A stretch of 64,000 nt of DNA from an uncultured Pseudomonadota bacterium (GTDB taxonomy: Bacteria > Vulcanimicrobiota > Vulcanimicrobiia > Eremiobacterales > Eremiobacteraceae): assembly GCA_963736005.1 (NCBI GenBank), contig CAVTNB010000001.1:288001-352000 (forward strand), in the 5' to 3' direction. The notes below the pieces were generated by a model. The model saw only the letters and a program-made list of their open reading frames with translations, was not told the origin of the DNA and searched no databases. This document shows, one piece after another, positions 1 through 12,429 of this stretch (position 1 is the first letter of the stretch; each line of letters opens with the position of its first letter). Both the position numbers and the translations under genes were made by a program.

Positions 1-479
1 AGGCCGATAATGCAGGCAAGCAGCCTGGGCACAACGAGTACGCGCGTGGGACTTGTGCCCATGGATTGATACGCTTCGATCTGTTCGGTGACGACCATGG
101 AGGCGAGTTGAGCGGTGATAGCGGCACCGGCGCGCCCAGCGACGACGATGGCTGTGAGAAGCGGGCCGAGCTCGCGTACCACGCCGTAGGCGACGCTCCC
201 CCCGATGATATTGACGAGTCCATACTGCTGTGCCGAAGCCGCTGTTTCTAGCGCGATGACGAACCCCGTGAAGCCCGACGTGAGCAAGATGATGGGCAAC
301 GATGAGACGATCAAGAAACTCGCCTGGCGCACCACTTCGCTTGGCCGGAAACGTAGCGCCAAAATATACCGAACCGAGTCGATGAGCAGCAACGTCACCC
401 CGCCCGCGTACTCGAAGAAACGGCGCGTCAGCGGAAATGATTTTGGCAACGTCCGAAGGTAAAACGAGGCTCGAAACAT
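1..479 (-). CDS. mlaE: MlaE-family ABC transporter permease (3' end runs off the window)
   Basis: Hand translation from ATG at 479 gives VVRELGPLLTAIVVAGRAGAAITAQLASMVVTEQIEAYQSMGTSPTRVLVVPR, the MlaE signature; absent from the ORF track. Confidence 0.85.
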   Translation of the reverse strand, partial: MFRASFYLRTLPKSFPLTRRFFEYAGGVTLLLIDSVRYILALRFRPSEVVRQASFLIVSSLPIILLTSGFTGFVIALETAASAQQYGLVNIIGGSVAYGVVRELGPLLTAIVVAGRAGAAITAQLASMVVTEQIEAYQSMGTSPTRVLVVPRLLACIIG

Positions 480-480
480 G

Positions 481-786
481 CTAGGCTTTTGTCTCTTTTA
501 GCGCTTGCGCAATCGTACGGGCACCTTCAAGGCGGCGCTGGGCTACAGCTCGTTCCGCATGCAAATTGTACTGCCGTTGATACACGTCATCAAGCTTGCG
601 GTCGACCTCGGCCACATGGGCCTGCGCCTCGTTCGCGACGGCTCCAAAGTAACGAAGCGCCTGCGCACGAAACTCACGTTCGCTCTTCTCGCTTGGCAGC
701 GCAGCCAGCTGCGCGCGCGCACGCAGCAAACGCTTGTCGGTGATGTGAAAAGCGTCGACAAGCGCGAGCAGCTCGGACACGTTCAT
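481..786 (-). CDS. Hypothetical coiled-coil protein
   Basis: 101-aa ORF packed directly between rph and mlaE on the same strand. Confidence 0.6.
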   Translation of the reverse strand: MNVSELLALVDAFHITDKRLLRARAQLAALPSEKSEREFRAQALRYFGAVANEAQAHVAEVDRKLDDVYQRQYNLHAERAVAQRRLEGARTIAQALKETKA

Positions 787-1574
787 TTAAACGCTGCTGC
801 CGGCCTTCGTCGCAAGCGGCTTGCGCCCGAATGGCGGTAGACCAAAGGAAGCCAGCGACTCCTTCTGGTGCGCGATGATCTGCTCGATGCCAGCCTTGGC
901 AAGCGCCAAGAGCCGATCGAGGTCGGCGCGCGAGAAGGGCATTTGTTCGGCCGTGCCCTGCAGTTCGACGAAGCGCCCGTCGCCGGTCATCACGACGTTC
1001 ATGTCCACCTGCGCCTTCGAATCTTCTTCGTAGCACAAGTCAAGTGCGACCCGGCCACCGATGATGCCAACCGAAGTTGCGGCGAGCCAGTCGACGACTG
1101 GCCAACCACGCAGCGTGCCCTTCTCTCGGAGTTTCGCCAGCGCCAGGCACATCGCGACAAAGGCGCCACACAACGCCGTCGTTCGCGTGCCGCCGTCCGC
1201 TTGGACGACGTCGCAATCGAGCCAGATCGTACGCTCCCCCAAGGCTGTGAGGTCGACGACCGAGCGCAGGCTGCGCCCGATAAGCCTTTGGATTTCGTGG
1301 GTGCGGCCACCAATTTTGCCAGTGGCTGCTTCGCGCGGCGTGCGCTCGAAGGTCGACCGTGGCAGCAGTGAATACTCGGCGGTCACCCAGCCGCCGCCCT
1401 TGCCTTTCAGAAATGGCGGGACCTTTTCATCAACGGTCGCCGCACAGATAACTTTGGTGTGCCCGGCCTCAATCATCACCGAACCTTCCGCGTAGCGCAG
1501 ATAGTCCGTGCGGATCGACAACGGGCGCAGCTGATCGTCAGCTCGTCCATCAGCCCGAAGATCTGCGGCCACGC

Positions 1575-1578
<4 letters not shown>
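787..1578 (-). CDS. rph: Ribonuclease PH
   Basis: Motifs [36 protein letters not shown]. Confidence 0.97.
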
Positions 1579-3404
<1,826 letters not shown>

Positions 3405-3454
3405 GCTTTAAGAGTTCGCTCCTACCTGTCGAGGGCGGCTCCAGTGGCCGCTCA

Positions 3455-4048
3455 TCAAGGGCCGGTTCGCCCCGGCAAACGGACGACCTTGAGACGTTCC
3501 GCCGTCAATATCGAACGAAGGTCGAAGACTGCGCCTTCTATATCTTTGTTGACCACCCTATACTCGAACTCAGCTAAGGCCTGCACTTCTTCTTCTGCAA
3601 TATTGAGCCGAGCATCGATCTCTTTTTGGCTATCCGAGTGTCGCTGCTCGAGCCGCTGGAGCAGGTCTCGTTCCGTCGGCGCGGTTAGGAAAACTAAGAC
3701 TGCTTGCGGGTAGAGCCGCTTGATAGCGCGTGCCCCGTTCACTTCAGGCTTGAGGATTAAGTCGCGGCTGTTGGCAAGCGCCCCATCGACGGCTGCGCGA
3801 GGCGTACCATACAGATTGCCGGCATATTCGCGGGTCTCAAGGAAGTAACCGGTAGCGGCCAATTTGCCAAATTCGTCCCGAGTTATGAAACGATAGTGCA
3901 CACCTTCGATTTCGTAGGGACGGGGCGCCCGTGTGGTGGCCGAAACGCAGTAGGCAACCCCTGGTTCGAGCTGGCGAAGGCGCTCGATGATCGTATCCTT
4001 CCCGGCCCCAGAGGGTCCGGAAAGCACGAGGAGCACCCCCTTGCTCAT
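3455..4048 (-). CDS. gmk: Guanylate kinase
   Basis: Motifs GPSGAGKDT, SATTRAPR, YGTP. Confidence 0.96.
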   Translation of the reverse strand: MSKGVLLVLSGPSGAGKDTIIERLRQLEPGVAYCVSATTRAPRPYEIEGVHYRFITRDEFGKLAATGYFLETREYAGNLYGTPRAAVDGALANSRDLILKPEVNGARAIKRLYPQAVLVFLTAPTERDLLQRLEQRHSDSQKEIDARLNIAEEEVQALAEFEYRVVNKDIEGAVFDLRSILTAERLKVVRLPGRTGP

Positions 4049-4089
4049 TGTGGTCGCGATTTTTTGCTCTCCTTGTCGAAAGGTCGCGC

Positions 4090-5775
4090 ATGACGCTTGA
4101 CTCCTGGCTCGTTGCGCGCCTCGCGCGAGAACTCGACGTCATGCTGCGCGGTGCAAGAATTCAGTCCGTTCAGACTCTGCGCCACGGGGTCATCTTCTTG
4201 TGTTATCGGCGCGGCGTCCACGTTGCCTTGCACGCCAGGCTGGATTCGTCAGATCCGATGGTCGGCGCATACGAATGCGCGCCGCCAGAAAAGGAATCCG
4301 GCCCAGCTGGATGGCTCGGCGACGTCGCGGCGCTCCTGCGCGGCGCAAGCATTGAGTCGGTCAGCGTAGTGCCGCACGATCGCGTGATGATTTTCGATGT
4401 AGGTTCCCGTTCAGCTTTTGGCCTGCCTTCACGGAGCCGGCTTGTCTTCGAAATCCAGCCGCGCAAAGCAAATGCTCTGGTTCTGCGGGCAGCCCATGAC
4501 GCAAAAAGCTGGGTCATCGTTGCTGCTCAAAAGCAATTTGCCCAGAGCGGCGCACGGCGCGTTGCGGTCGGGTCACCATACGAGCCGCCGCCAGCTAGAC
4601 GCACAACGTTGGATCGCGCCCAATTCATCGTCGCTGCTCGTGAGTTGACCAGTGCAGACGCAAAAGGTTGGGAGCGACTGCTTGCGGCTCACGATCCGCG
4701 CTGCACGCCTGCCCTTGCCAAAGAGGTCGTGCATCGCTTCACCGCACAAGGCGAACTGCAGCGCGCGCATGCGGCATTGCAAGTGTGGACGGCCGTTTGC
4801 CAGGAAGTGGAAGGCGCCCTCGAACGCAAGGGTCCCATCTATTTTTGGTCTGAGGACGAAAGAGTCGCACTGTGTCACCTTATCCCGTTGAGCTGGCCAT
4901 CATGGCACATGGCCACCGCGATGTCACTGAACGAATTATGCGCGCGGGCTCTTCGCGAGCAGCCGGCTAGCTCCGCCGGTTCTCCGCGAGAAACAATCAA
5001 AAAGCGGCTTCAAACCATGCTCGCGCGATGCGAACAAGAAGTGCAGTCACTAGAGCGATCGCTCGATCTGGCACAGCAAGCCGACCGCTGGCGCGCAGCG
5101 GGCGAGGCGATTTACGCGAATCTCTCCGACATCCCGCCAAACAGCCAAGAGCTTGTCGCTTCCGACGGCACTCGCACGACGCTCGACCCACTGCTCACAC
5201 CGAAGCAAAACGCGGCTGAATACTTCCGAAAGTACAAGAAAGCTCGCAGCAGTATGGCGCCCGTGCGCGCTCGCCTGCAAACCTTGCAGAGCAATAGAGA
5301 ATATTGGGAGCATCTCCTTTGGGAAGCGGAGCGCGACGATATCGACGCTGCGCAACATGGCGTCCTGATGGCAGAGCTTGCCGCCGCCATCGGGATGAAG
5401 AGGCTGGAGAAAAAGACGAAGCGGACTGCCGCGCCATATCCCCGGGTCGAGCTCTCCGACGGCGCCGTCGCGTACGTTGGGCGTTCGCCCAAGGAAAACG
5501 AGCGGCTAACCTTTTCCGTCGCTGGCCCGAACGACTACTGGTTTCACGCTCGCGGCGTTCCTGGCGCGCACGTGATCGTGAAAACAAATGGCATCCCGCT
5601 TGCGCAAAACCAGATTCAAGAGGCTGCGGCGTTGGCGGCCGCGCATAGCAGAGCCACCGGTGCCAAGAGCGTCGATGTCGACTACACCCGCCGCAAGCAC
5701 GTTCGCCGGCGTGGGGCCGGGCGGGCAGGATTGGTTTGGTACACGGACTTTGCAACGATTCGCGTCAACCCTTGA
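4090..5775 (+). CDS. rqcH: NFACT / RqcH (FbpA-like) ribosome quality-control protein
   Basis: N-terminal MTLDSWLVARLARE, LDPLLTPKQNAAEYFRKYKK, C-terminal NFACT-R (VGRSPKENE, WFHARGVPGAHV, VDYT); start moved to ATG 4090. Confidence 0.88.
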   Translation: MTLDSWLVARLARELDVMLRGARIQSVQTLRHGVIFLCYRRGVHVALHARLDSSDPMVGAYECAPPEKESGPAGWLGDVAALLRGASIESVSVVPHDRVMIFDVGSRSAFGLPSRSRLVFEIQPRKANALVLRAAHDAKSWVIVAAQKQFAQSGARRVAVGSPYEPPPARRTTLDRAQFIVAARELTSADAKGWERLLAAHDPRCTPALAKEVVHRFTAQGELQRAHAALQVWTAVCQEVEGALERKGPIYFWSEDERVALCHLIPLSWPSWHMATAMSLNELCARALREQPASSAGSPRETIKKRLQTMLARCEQEVQSLERSLDLAQQADRWRAAGEAIYANLSDIPPNSQELVASDGTRTTLDPLLTPKQNAAEYFRKYKKARSSMAPVRARLQTLQSNREYWEHLLWEAERDDIDAAQHGVLMAELAAAIGMKRLEKKTKRTAAPYPRVELSDGAVAYVGRSPKENERLTFSVAGPNDYWFHARGVPGAHVIVKTNGIPLAQNQIQEAAALAAAHSRATGAKSVDVDYTRRKHVRRRGAGRAGLVWYTDFATIRVNP

Positions 5776-6829
5776 TCGGCTCCCAAAACGTCGCATCCCC
5801 GAACGAATAGAAACGGTACTCATTGCGCACCGCTTCGCGATACGCATCCAAAACGCGGGCTGTTCCAGCAAATGCGCACACGAGCATCAAGAGCGTCGAT
5901 CGCGGGAGATGAAAGTTTGTCACGAGCGCGTCGACGGACGCAATTTCGTCGGGCGGATGAACGAACAGCGACGTCCACCGCCCGCCCGCCTCGACCTGGC
6001 CATGGGGTGACACACGCAACGCATCTTCGAGCGCTCGCAGCGTTGTGGTGCCAATCGCGATGACTCGGTTGCCGCTCGCCCGCGCCCGCGCGATGGCTTG
6101 CGCTGTGCCAACATCGATCTCATAACGCTCCGCATGCATGAGATGCTGGCGGATGTCTGCCGACTTCACTGGCCGAAAGGTGCCTGGACCGACGTCGAGG
6201 GTAATCGTACTCCATCCGACGTCGCGCTCGCGGAGCTGCGCGAGTAGCGATTCCGTAAAATGCAAGCCAGCGGTGGGGGCGGCGACCGATCCTGGTTGCG
6301 TCGCATAGACGGTCTGATAACGCTCGCGTGCATTCGCAGGAGCGCTCCGGATGTACGGTGGTAGAGGCACAACCCCAAAGCGTTCCATTGCTGCCTGCGC
6401 ATCGATGCCGTAAAAGCGGACAAGACGATTGCCGCCTGGCGCCCAGTCGAGAATCTCGATACCCGAGTCAGCATCGAAGTGAAGGAGGTCTCCTGGCCTC
6501 ACCCGCTTGCCCGGCCGGGCCATAGCGAGCCACGTGCCCGGCGTATCGGCCGGATGTAAGAGCAGTACCTGGGCTGCGCCACCACCGCGGCGCTTTGGAA
6601 AGAATCGCGCCGGAAGGACGCGAGCATCGTTGGCAACGAGCAGATCGCCGGCGCGCAGCAGCGACGGCAGATCGGAAAAACACAGATGGCGGCGCTCGCC
6701 GCTCGCCCCAACCGCGAGCAGCCTCGATTGATCTCGTCGATCGGTAGGTCGCTGGGCTATGAGCCGTGGAGGTAAGTCGTACTCGTACGTCGCCGTTGCG
6801 TACGGGTCGAGTTCTAAGGGCCTATCCAA
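5765..6829 (-). CDS. queA: S-adenosylmethionine:tRNA ribosyltransferase-isomerase
   Basis: Motifs PLPPYI, YQTVYA, GSVAAPTAGLHFT, TNFHLPRSTL, YRFYSFGDA. Confidence 0.97.
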   Translation of the reverse strand: MDRPLELDPYATATYEYDLPPRLIAQRPTDRRDQSRLLAVGASGERRHLCFSDLPSLLRAGDLLVANDARVLPARFFPKRRGGGAAQVLLLHPADTPGTWLAMARPGKRVRPGDLLHFDADSGIEILDWAPGGNRLVRFYGIDAQAAMERFGVVPLPPYIRSAPANARERYQTVYATQPGSVAAPTAGLHFTESLLAQLRERDVGWSTITLDVGPGTFRPVKSADIRQHLMHAERYEIDVGTAQAIARARASGNRVIAIGTTTLRALEDALRVSPHGQVEAGGRWTSLFVHPPDEIASVDALVTNFHLPRSTLLMLVCAFAGTARVLDAYREAVRNEYRFYSFGDATFWEPIKG

Positions 6830-8067
6830 TGTAGTTTCGCGAATTTATTCGCGAGCATTCGTCGTGAGCGATTGGAAACTCGCCGGGTCGTGGCCCGCGC
6901 GACATGAAGTCGCTGATACGATGCGAGTTGCGTGAGCAACGTCCCGGGATAGTAGAAATTGATAATCGAGTAGACGCCGAGGCCGGCCTGCGCCATCCCG
7001 CGAGCGCCGAGCTGACACATACCGACGCCGTGACCGTAGCCAGAGCCGCTCACTCGAACGATGCCCGAGGCATATGAGAGCGAGCGAATGCGGGTGCTCT
7101 TCACGAGGCGCGTTCCCGCGGCGGATCGGAACACTGTCGCTGGAATGGAAAAAGTGTGTCCGCCAATGATGAGATCGACCGACAAGAGTCTGCCTGATTC
7201 ATCGTAGGGTCCCGGGCGAATGTCTTGCAACGAATCAAAATCGATGCTGCCCGCAAGCGCACCCGTATCAGCGAGCGAGCTCAGCAACGCTGGCGCTGGA
7301 ACGTCGGCGCTCCAGTCCATGTAGGGCGAAAATGGGCAATACGGGTCGCGGACCGCCTGAAGGTAGGGTTGCGGGTCGTTGAGAGCATGGCCGTCTGAGG
7401 TAAACCCTCCATCGCACGACGAGTAATATGCGTTCGCAAGATGGTTTCCGTACACCATGACGACCCCGCGGGTTGCATCGACGGCATTGACGACGGACTC
7501 GGATTCCGCATCGACGCCGTTGTACGCTTGATCCGCGTCGCCCGCCCGCAGGTCGAATCCCAGATCCTCGTGCGCACCAAGATGCGCAACTGCATAGGTG
7601 CGCGCGACGATCGCCTGCGCTTGCAACGCTGAGGACGGGGTGCTCGCGCCCACCTCACTGCCGACGACGCTATACAGATACTGTTCCAACTCGACCACGT
7701 CGACGACTCGCAGTGAGTTATCGGTGTCACGAATGATCAGCATGCTGCCTCGGTACTCTTGTCCATCGAGGGTCAGGCCGATGTCGGTCAAAGGGGTAAT
7801 GAGAATCTGCGACTGCGCGGCAATGCTGCCGGCCAGCACGAGACCATCGGCTTGGGGGCGGACGTCGATGACCGTTGTGACGTCTGGCGTGAGCAAAGGC
7901 GCCGAACCAGCCAGATAGGGCCGAACGATGAGGCCACCAGCGGATGCAACGACGGCTTGCAGTTGGTGTTTTAAGAGCAAGACCCGCATTTGCGTCTGAG
8001 CGTCGCTTGGCAAGACGCAGCTCAGCACCCACCCAAGCGCCGCAAGGCAACCGACGACGAGCCTCAC
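6814..8067 (-). CDS. SpoIID/LytB domain protein (lytic transglycosylase-like), secreted
   Basis: LEQYLYSVVGSEV, ALQAQAIVARTYA, GYGHGVGMCQLGA; signal-peptide-like N-terminus. Confidence 0.88.
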   Translation of the reverse strand: MRLVVGCLAALGWVLSCVLPSDAQTQMRVLLLKHQLQAVVASAGGLIVRPYLAGSAPLLTPDVTTVIDVRPQADGLVLAGSIAAQSQILITPLTDIGLTLDGQEYRGSMLIIRDTDNSLRVVDVVELEQYLYSVVGSEVGASTPSSALQAQAIVARTYAVAHLGAHEDLGFDLRAGDADQAYNGVDAESESVVNAVDATRGVVMVYGNHLANAYYSSCDGGFTSDGHALNDPQPYLQAVRDPYCPFSPYMDWSADVPAPALLSSLADTGALAGSIDFDSLQDIRPGPYDESGRLLSVDLIIGGHTFSIPATVFRSAAGTRLVKSTRIRSLSYASGIVRVSGSGYGHGVGMCQLGARGMAQAGLGVYSIINFYYPGTLLTQLASYQRLHVARATTRRVSNRSRRMLANKFAKLHWIGP

Positions 8068-9149
8068 AGAAGCCGGGGATGCTCCTGCGGAGAGGGCTTC
8101 CCCAAGTATTCCCTTGCCTTGGGCGTCGCCCGCCTTCCAGCGGCAGTGCGATTGACAAAACCAATTTGAATCAAAAATGGCTCAACGACGTCGACGAGTG
8201 TTCCCTCATCCTCGTTTAAACTTGCGGCCAAAGCCGCGATCCCGACTGGTCCACCGGAATACTGCTCGATCAAGACACGCAGGAATGCGCGATCGAGTGG
8301 GTCCAGCCCCAGCAAATCAATACGCTCGAGTTCGAGCGCTGCTTTGGCAACTTCTTGATCGACATTGCCGGCGGAACGCACCTCAGCGAAATCGCGCACG
8401 CGGCGCAGGAGGCGGTTTGCTATGCGGGGCGTTCCTCTGGCGCGCGACGCAATTTCTCGCGCTCCTTCCGCGTCGATGCGGACGCCGAGCACCGAGGCTG
8501 AGTGGGTGACGATCGCGCAGAGGTCGTCGACGCCATAGTAATCGAGACGGTGAACGATCCCAAAACGCTCCCGCAGCGGCGCCGTGAGCATGCCGGGCCG
8601 CGTCGTTGCTCCGATGAGGGTAAAGTGTTTGAGATTGATCTTGATTGTCTTCGCGTACGCGCCCTTATCGACCATAAAATCAATCGCAAAATCTTCCATG
8701 GCGGGATAAAGGAACTCTTCCACGACCCGGCTGAGGCGGTGCACCTCGTCGATGAAAAGCACGTCGCCGCGCTCGAGGTTGGTGAGGATTCCCACGAGAT
8801 CGCCCGGCCGGTCAAGCGTCGGCCCTGATGCCTGACGAAACGTGGCTTCCATCTCCCGAGAGATGATGTTCGCAAGGGTGGTCTTGCCAAGACCCGGGGG
8901 ACCGTGGAGCAAGATGTGGTCGAGCGGTTCGCCGCGGCGCTTGGCGGCCTCGATAGAGATTTTTAGATTCTCGACAACATCGCGCTGCCCGACGTAGCGA
9001 TCGAAGCGCGTCGGTCGCAACGTGACCGTTATGATTTCGTCTTCGATGCTTTCGCCGGCTCCGACAATGGGATGTCGGGCGTGCTCGGGCTTTGGTTGCT
9101 CCCCGGGAGCTTCAGCGCCATCTCCGCGCACCGTTGGTTTCTTTGGCAC
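8064..9149 (-). CDS. ruvB: Holliday junction branch migration helicase RuvB
   Basis: Motifs LRP, GPPGLGKTTLA, FIDEVHRL, RGTPRIANRLLRRVRD. Confidence 0.98.
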   Translation of the reverse strand: MPKKPTVRGDGAEAPGEQPKPEHARHPIVGAGESIEDEIITVTLRPTRFDRYVGQRDVVENLKISIEAAKRRGEPLDHILLHGPPGLGKTTLANIISREMEATFRQASGPTLDRPGDLVGILTNLERGDVLFIDEVHRLSRVVEEFLYPAMEDFAIDFMVDKGAYAKTIKINLKHFTLIGATTRPGMLTAPLRERFGIVHRLDYYGVDDLCAIVTHSASVLGVRIDAEGAREIASRARGTPRIANRLLRRVRDFAEVRSAGNVDQEVAKAALELERIDLLGLDPLDRAFLRVLIEQYSGGPVGIAALAASLNEDEGTLVDVVEPFLIQIGFVNRTAAGRRATPKAREYLGKPSPQEHPRLL

Positions 9150-9809
9150 CTACTGCGCACTCCCGTTGTCGCGAGCGACCGTCTTGGTCGCTGGCTGCTG
9201 GCGCCGGTAGATCTCGCCCAAGAGTTCCTCTGCGGTCGTGATGCCGCTGTTATGCGCGATCGCTTCGCGCGCCATGTGGTCGGCTTCTGCCCGCCGATAT
9301 TGCAACTGGAGCAACACCTCAATAGCTTCGGCGACAAAATCAGGCGTCGGTTCGCTCTTCTTCCCGTCTGCTTCGCCTTGAATCAAGCCGAAGCGCGCGA
9401 CCTTGCCTTGAAGTTTTGCGATGATATCTTTGGCCTTTTGACCGCCGATACCCGGCAAACGCCGCAAACTTGCTTGGTCGCCCGCATCGATAAAGCGAGC
9501 GATCTGTGCCATTGGAAGCGAGAAGGCCTTCGCTGCGGTCTTTGGCCCAATGCTCGCTACGGTTAACAGCGCTTCAAAAAATTCTCGTTCGATGGCGTTG
9601 GTGAAACCAACGAACATGGACTCACCGCGGTTGCCATCGATTTGCAAGTACGGAAAGATTTCGAGTTTGATCGGATCTCCGGGACCGAGTTTGGCTAGTT
9701 TGTCAATCACGCAGCGGGGCAGCATGATGTCGTACGAAAGCCCCCCAACTTCGACAAGGGCCGAGCTTTGAGTCTTCTCCCGAAGGATGCCCTCGATCCG
9801 CGAGAACAT
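9150..9809 (-). CDS. ruvA: Holliday junction DNA-binding protein RuvA
   Basis: Lies between ruvC and ruvB; HhH motifs SIGPKTA and LPGIGGQKA. Confidence 0.93.
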   Translation of the reverse strand: MFSRIEGILREKTQSSALVEVGGLSYDIMLPRCVIDKLAKLGPGDPIKLEIFPYLQIDGNRGESMFVGFTNAIEREFFEALLTVASIGPKTAAKAFSLPMAQIARFIDAGDQASLRRLPGIGGQKAKDIIAKLQGKVARFGLIQGEADGKKSEPTPDFVAEAIEVLLQLQYRRAEADHMAREAIAHNSGITTAEELLGEIYRRQQPATKTVARDNGSAQ

Positions 9810-10342
9810 CAGCTTTTCTTCCGGCCATTGGACGTTCGCGAATGAATTCGCGAGACTATATTAGCCTCGGAGGCGGCGCGGCGGCCGTGTGCGATGGCCA
9901 GCGCAAGCGCGTCCGACTCGTCGTCGTGCTCGAACCTGTGCCTCAGCCTGAGCGTCTGCACTACCATGGAAGCGACTTGTTGTTTGCTGGCTGCCCCGGT
10001 GCCTACCAAGGCTCGTTTGACTGCCGTCGCCGAGTAGTGGTAAATGGGCATATCCGCGAGCGCCGCCGCGCAAATGAGCGCGCCGCGGGCGTGACCGATT
10101 AAGATCGCCGTGCGCGGACGAATCGCTTGAGAAAAAACGTCTTCCACGACCATGACGTCCGGGTGCAAGCTTCCGATGATCTCGGCGAGCGTGCGCTGGA
10201 GATCCGCAAGGCGAAGGCCGAGATTTTTCGAGCGAGGCGGTGTGATGATGCCGCCTTCGACGAGACGCACGGATCCAGCGGAAAAGTCTACCACGCCGTA
10301 GCCCGTCTTGTTCAGGCTCGGGTCGATCCCGAGGATTCTCAC
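9809..10342 (-). CDS. ruvC: Crossover junction endodeoxyribonuclease RuvC
   Basis: Motifs MRILGIDPS, GTGAASKQQV, DDESDALALA. Confidence 0.95.
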   Translation of the reverse strand: MRILGIDPSLNKTGYGVVDFSAGSVRLVEGGIITPPRSKNLGLRLADLQRTLAEIIGSLHPDVMVVEDVFSQAIRPRTAILIGHARGALICAAALADMPIYHYSATAVKRALVGTGAASKQQVASMVVQTLRLRHRFEHDDESDALALAIAHGRRAASEANIVSRIHSRTSNGRKKS

Positions 10343-12429
10343 TTCGAGGTGCCCAGGAAAATCGTAATCGCCGATCCAGCCGGCACCGATGCTCCAGCAG
10401 CCGGGTCCGTGCGCACGACCCGAGCATTTGGCGGGCTGCCCGGTGCGACCGTTACGCGGATGACGTCCAATGGTGCCTTTGCAAGCGCGCTCTCCGCGTC
10501 AGCGAGGCTCATGCCAAGCACGTTCGGCACGATAATGGGTGCCGCAGGCGTCGCGGGTTGAGCGCTCGCACTTGCTTGCGGCTGCGGCGAAGGAGGCGCT
10601 TGTGCGATGACGATGTCAATGCCCGATCCCTGTGGCGCTTGCGAGTTGGCCGCAGGATGTTGGCCGATGACCGTGCCCGGAGTTGTGTCGGTGACTGCCG
10701 CGTACGCAACGCTGCCAACAGCCAGCCCAGCCTGTTCGATTGCCGTGCGGGCGTCATCGAAGCTTGTGCCGACGACGTTAGGTACGGTCGCCGCGTTGGG
10801 TCCGGCGCTCACGTCGACGGTCACGGTCGACCCGGGCATGGCGTTGCTGCCCCCCAGCGGATCCTGATCGACAATCGTGCGCGCAGGAATGTCCACGCTT
10901 GGCACGATGTTGATCGCAAGTTTGAGGCCGAGCTTTGAAAGCTGCGTTTGCGCGACGTCAACGATGGAAGAGACGACGTTTGGGACCTGTATGAGCTGTG
11001 GTCCGGAGCTTATCGAAACCGTCACAGTTCCGCCTCGGTCCACCGGACTATTCGTGGATGGGTTTGTATGCGCCACCAAACCCTGCTTCACCGGAGAATG
11101 GACGGAGGAACCCAACTTGGCCACAAAGCCAAGCGCGGTCAAGGCAGCCATGGCGCTCTTTTGGTCCTTGCCAACGAGATCTGGGACCAAGACGCGCTGC
11201 GGGCCCGCACTCAAGTACAAGACGATGTGGTCGCCGGGCCGCACGGGCGAGTTGGGCGCCGGATCCGAGCCGTCGATGAGACCCGCGGAGATCGTCGGAT
11301 CTTGCCGCTCAGAAAAGCTCACGGCGTCGATGCCCATGTCGTGCAGCGCCGCAAGCGCTTCAACCTGCGGTTTGCCTGACAAGTCTGGGACGAGCACACC
11401 GCGCGATGCACCTTCGCGAGACGCAACCAGAATCGAAACGATGACGATCGCTGCGACAGCAGCGGCAGCCAATGCAATCGTGCGGCGCGCACTCCACGCG
11501 GGAGCAACCTCGACCACCTCGCTGCGCTGAGCGCTACCCAACCCAAGCGAGCGCCGCCGCAAGATCGCGGTGGACGAATCGCTCCCCGTCTCCTCATCGA
11601 GTTCGGCTCCACCAAGGCGACCGCAATGCCGCAAAGCAGCCAAGGTTTCGCCGGCGCTCTGATAGCGGTCGGCGGGGCTTTTCTGCAACAGTTTCGTGAT
11701 GACGTCGCGAAGCGGAGTGCCGATCTGCGCTCCACAATCCAGCGGATCAGGAATGCTCGAATTCACATGCGCCATTGCCACGCCGAGCGCAGTTTCAGCC
11801 GTGTACGGCTGGCGGCCAGTAACCATTTCAAAGAGCACGACGCCCAAACTGTAGAGATCGGCCGAAGGCGCCAGGGCTGTCCCTGAGAGCTGCTCGGGCG
11901 AGCAGTACGGGATAGACCCCATAATCGCTTCAACGCCTGTGAGGGTCGCCGCATTTGCTGCGCGGGCGATGCCGAAATCTGTCACTCGTACCGTGTCATC
12001 CGGCGTAATCAAGACGTTCGAAGGCTTGATATCGCGATGGAGGAGATCGGCGCGATGAGCAGCGCCAAGCGCGAGGCAGATTTGGCGAGCGTATCGCACG
12101 GCGGCCGCCTCAGGCAGTTTCCCTTCCCTCGAGATAAGGGTTGCGAGGGTTTCGCCAGCAACGAACTCTTCAACGATGTAGTGCGAGCCGTCCACTTCGC
12201 CCACGTCATACGTGTTGACGATATTCGGATGCGAGAGCTTGGCAGCTGCTCGTGCCTCCTCGTAGAAATGCTGCACGAAGGTTTGATCGGCGGCCTGTTG
12301 AGGCCGCAAAACTTTCACTGCGACCTGGCGGCGCAACAACAGGTCGTAGCCGCGGTACACGATGGCCATGCCACCTTGACCGATGACGGCGTCGAGCCGG
12401 TAGCGATTGTTGAGAATCGTGTCAATCAT
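10339..12429 (-). CDS. pknB: PASTA-domain Ser/Thr protein kinase (PknB/PrkC)
   Basis: GQGGMA, VAVKVL, HRDIKPSN, DFGIA, a TM helix and several VPxxxG PASTA repeats; start at ATG 12429 overlapping the upstream stop. Confidence 0.93.
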   Translation of the reverse strand: MIDTILNNRYRLDAVIGQGGMAIVYRGYDLLLRRQVAVKVLRPQQAADQTFVQHFYEEARAAAKLSHPNIVNTYDVGEVDGSHYIVEEFVAGETLATLISREGKLPEAAAVRYARQICLALGAAHRADLLHRDIKPSNVLITPDDTVRVTDFGIARAANAATLTGVEAIMGSIPYCSPEQLSGTALAPSADLYSLGVVLFEMVTGRQPYTAETALGVAMAHVNSSIPDPLDCGAQIGTPLRDVITKLLQKSPADRYQSAGETLAALRHCGRLGGAELDEETGSDSSTAILRRRSLGLGSAQRSEVVEVAPAWSARRTIALAAAAVAAIVIVSILVASREGASRGVLVPDLSGKPQVEALAALHDMGIDAVSFSERQDPTISAGLIDGSDPAPNSPVRPGDHIVLYLSAGPQRVLVPDLVGKDQKSAMAALTALGFVAKLGSSVHSPVKQGLVAHTNPSTNSPVDRGGTVTVSISSGPQLIQVPNVVSSIVDVAQTQLSKLGLKLAINIVPSVDIPARTIVDQDPLGGSNAMPGSTVTVDVSAGPNAATVPNVVGTSFDDARTAIEQAGLAVGSVAYAAVTDTTPGTVIGQHPAANSQAPQGSGIDIVIAQAPPSPQPQASASAQPATPAAPIIVPNVLGMSLADAESALAKAPLDVIRVTVAPGSPPNARVVRTDPAAGASVPAGSAITIFLGTSK

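Noticed and set aside
3405..3454. glmS ribozyme upstream of glmS
   Set aside because: Only about 50 bp separate glmS from gmk, and no ribozyme core motif is visible.
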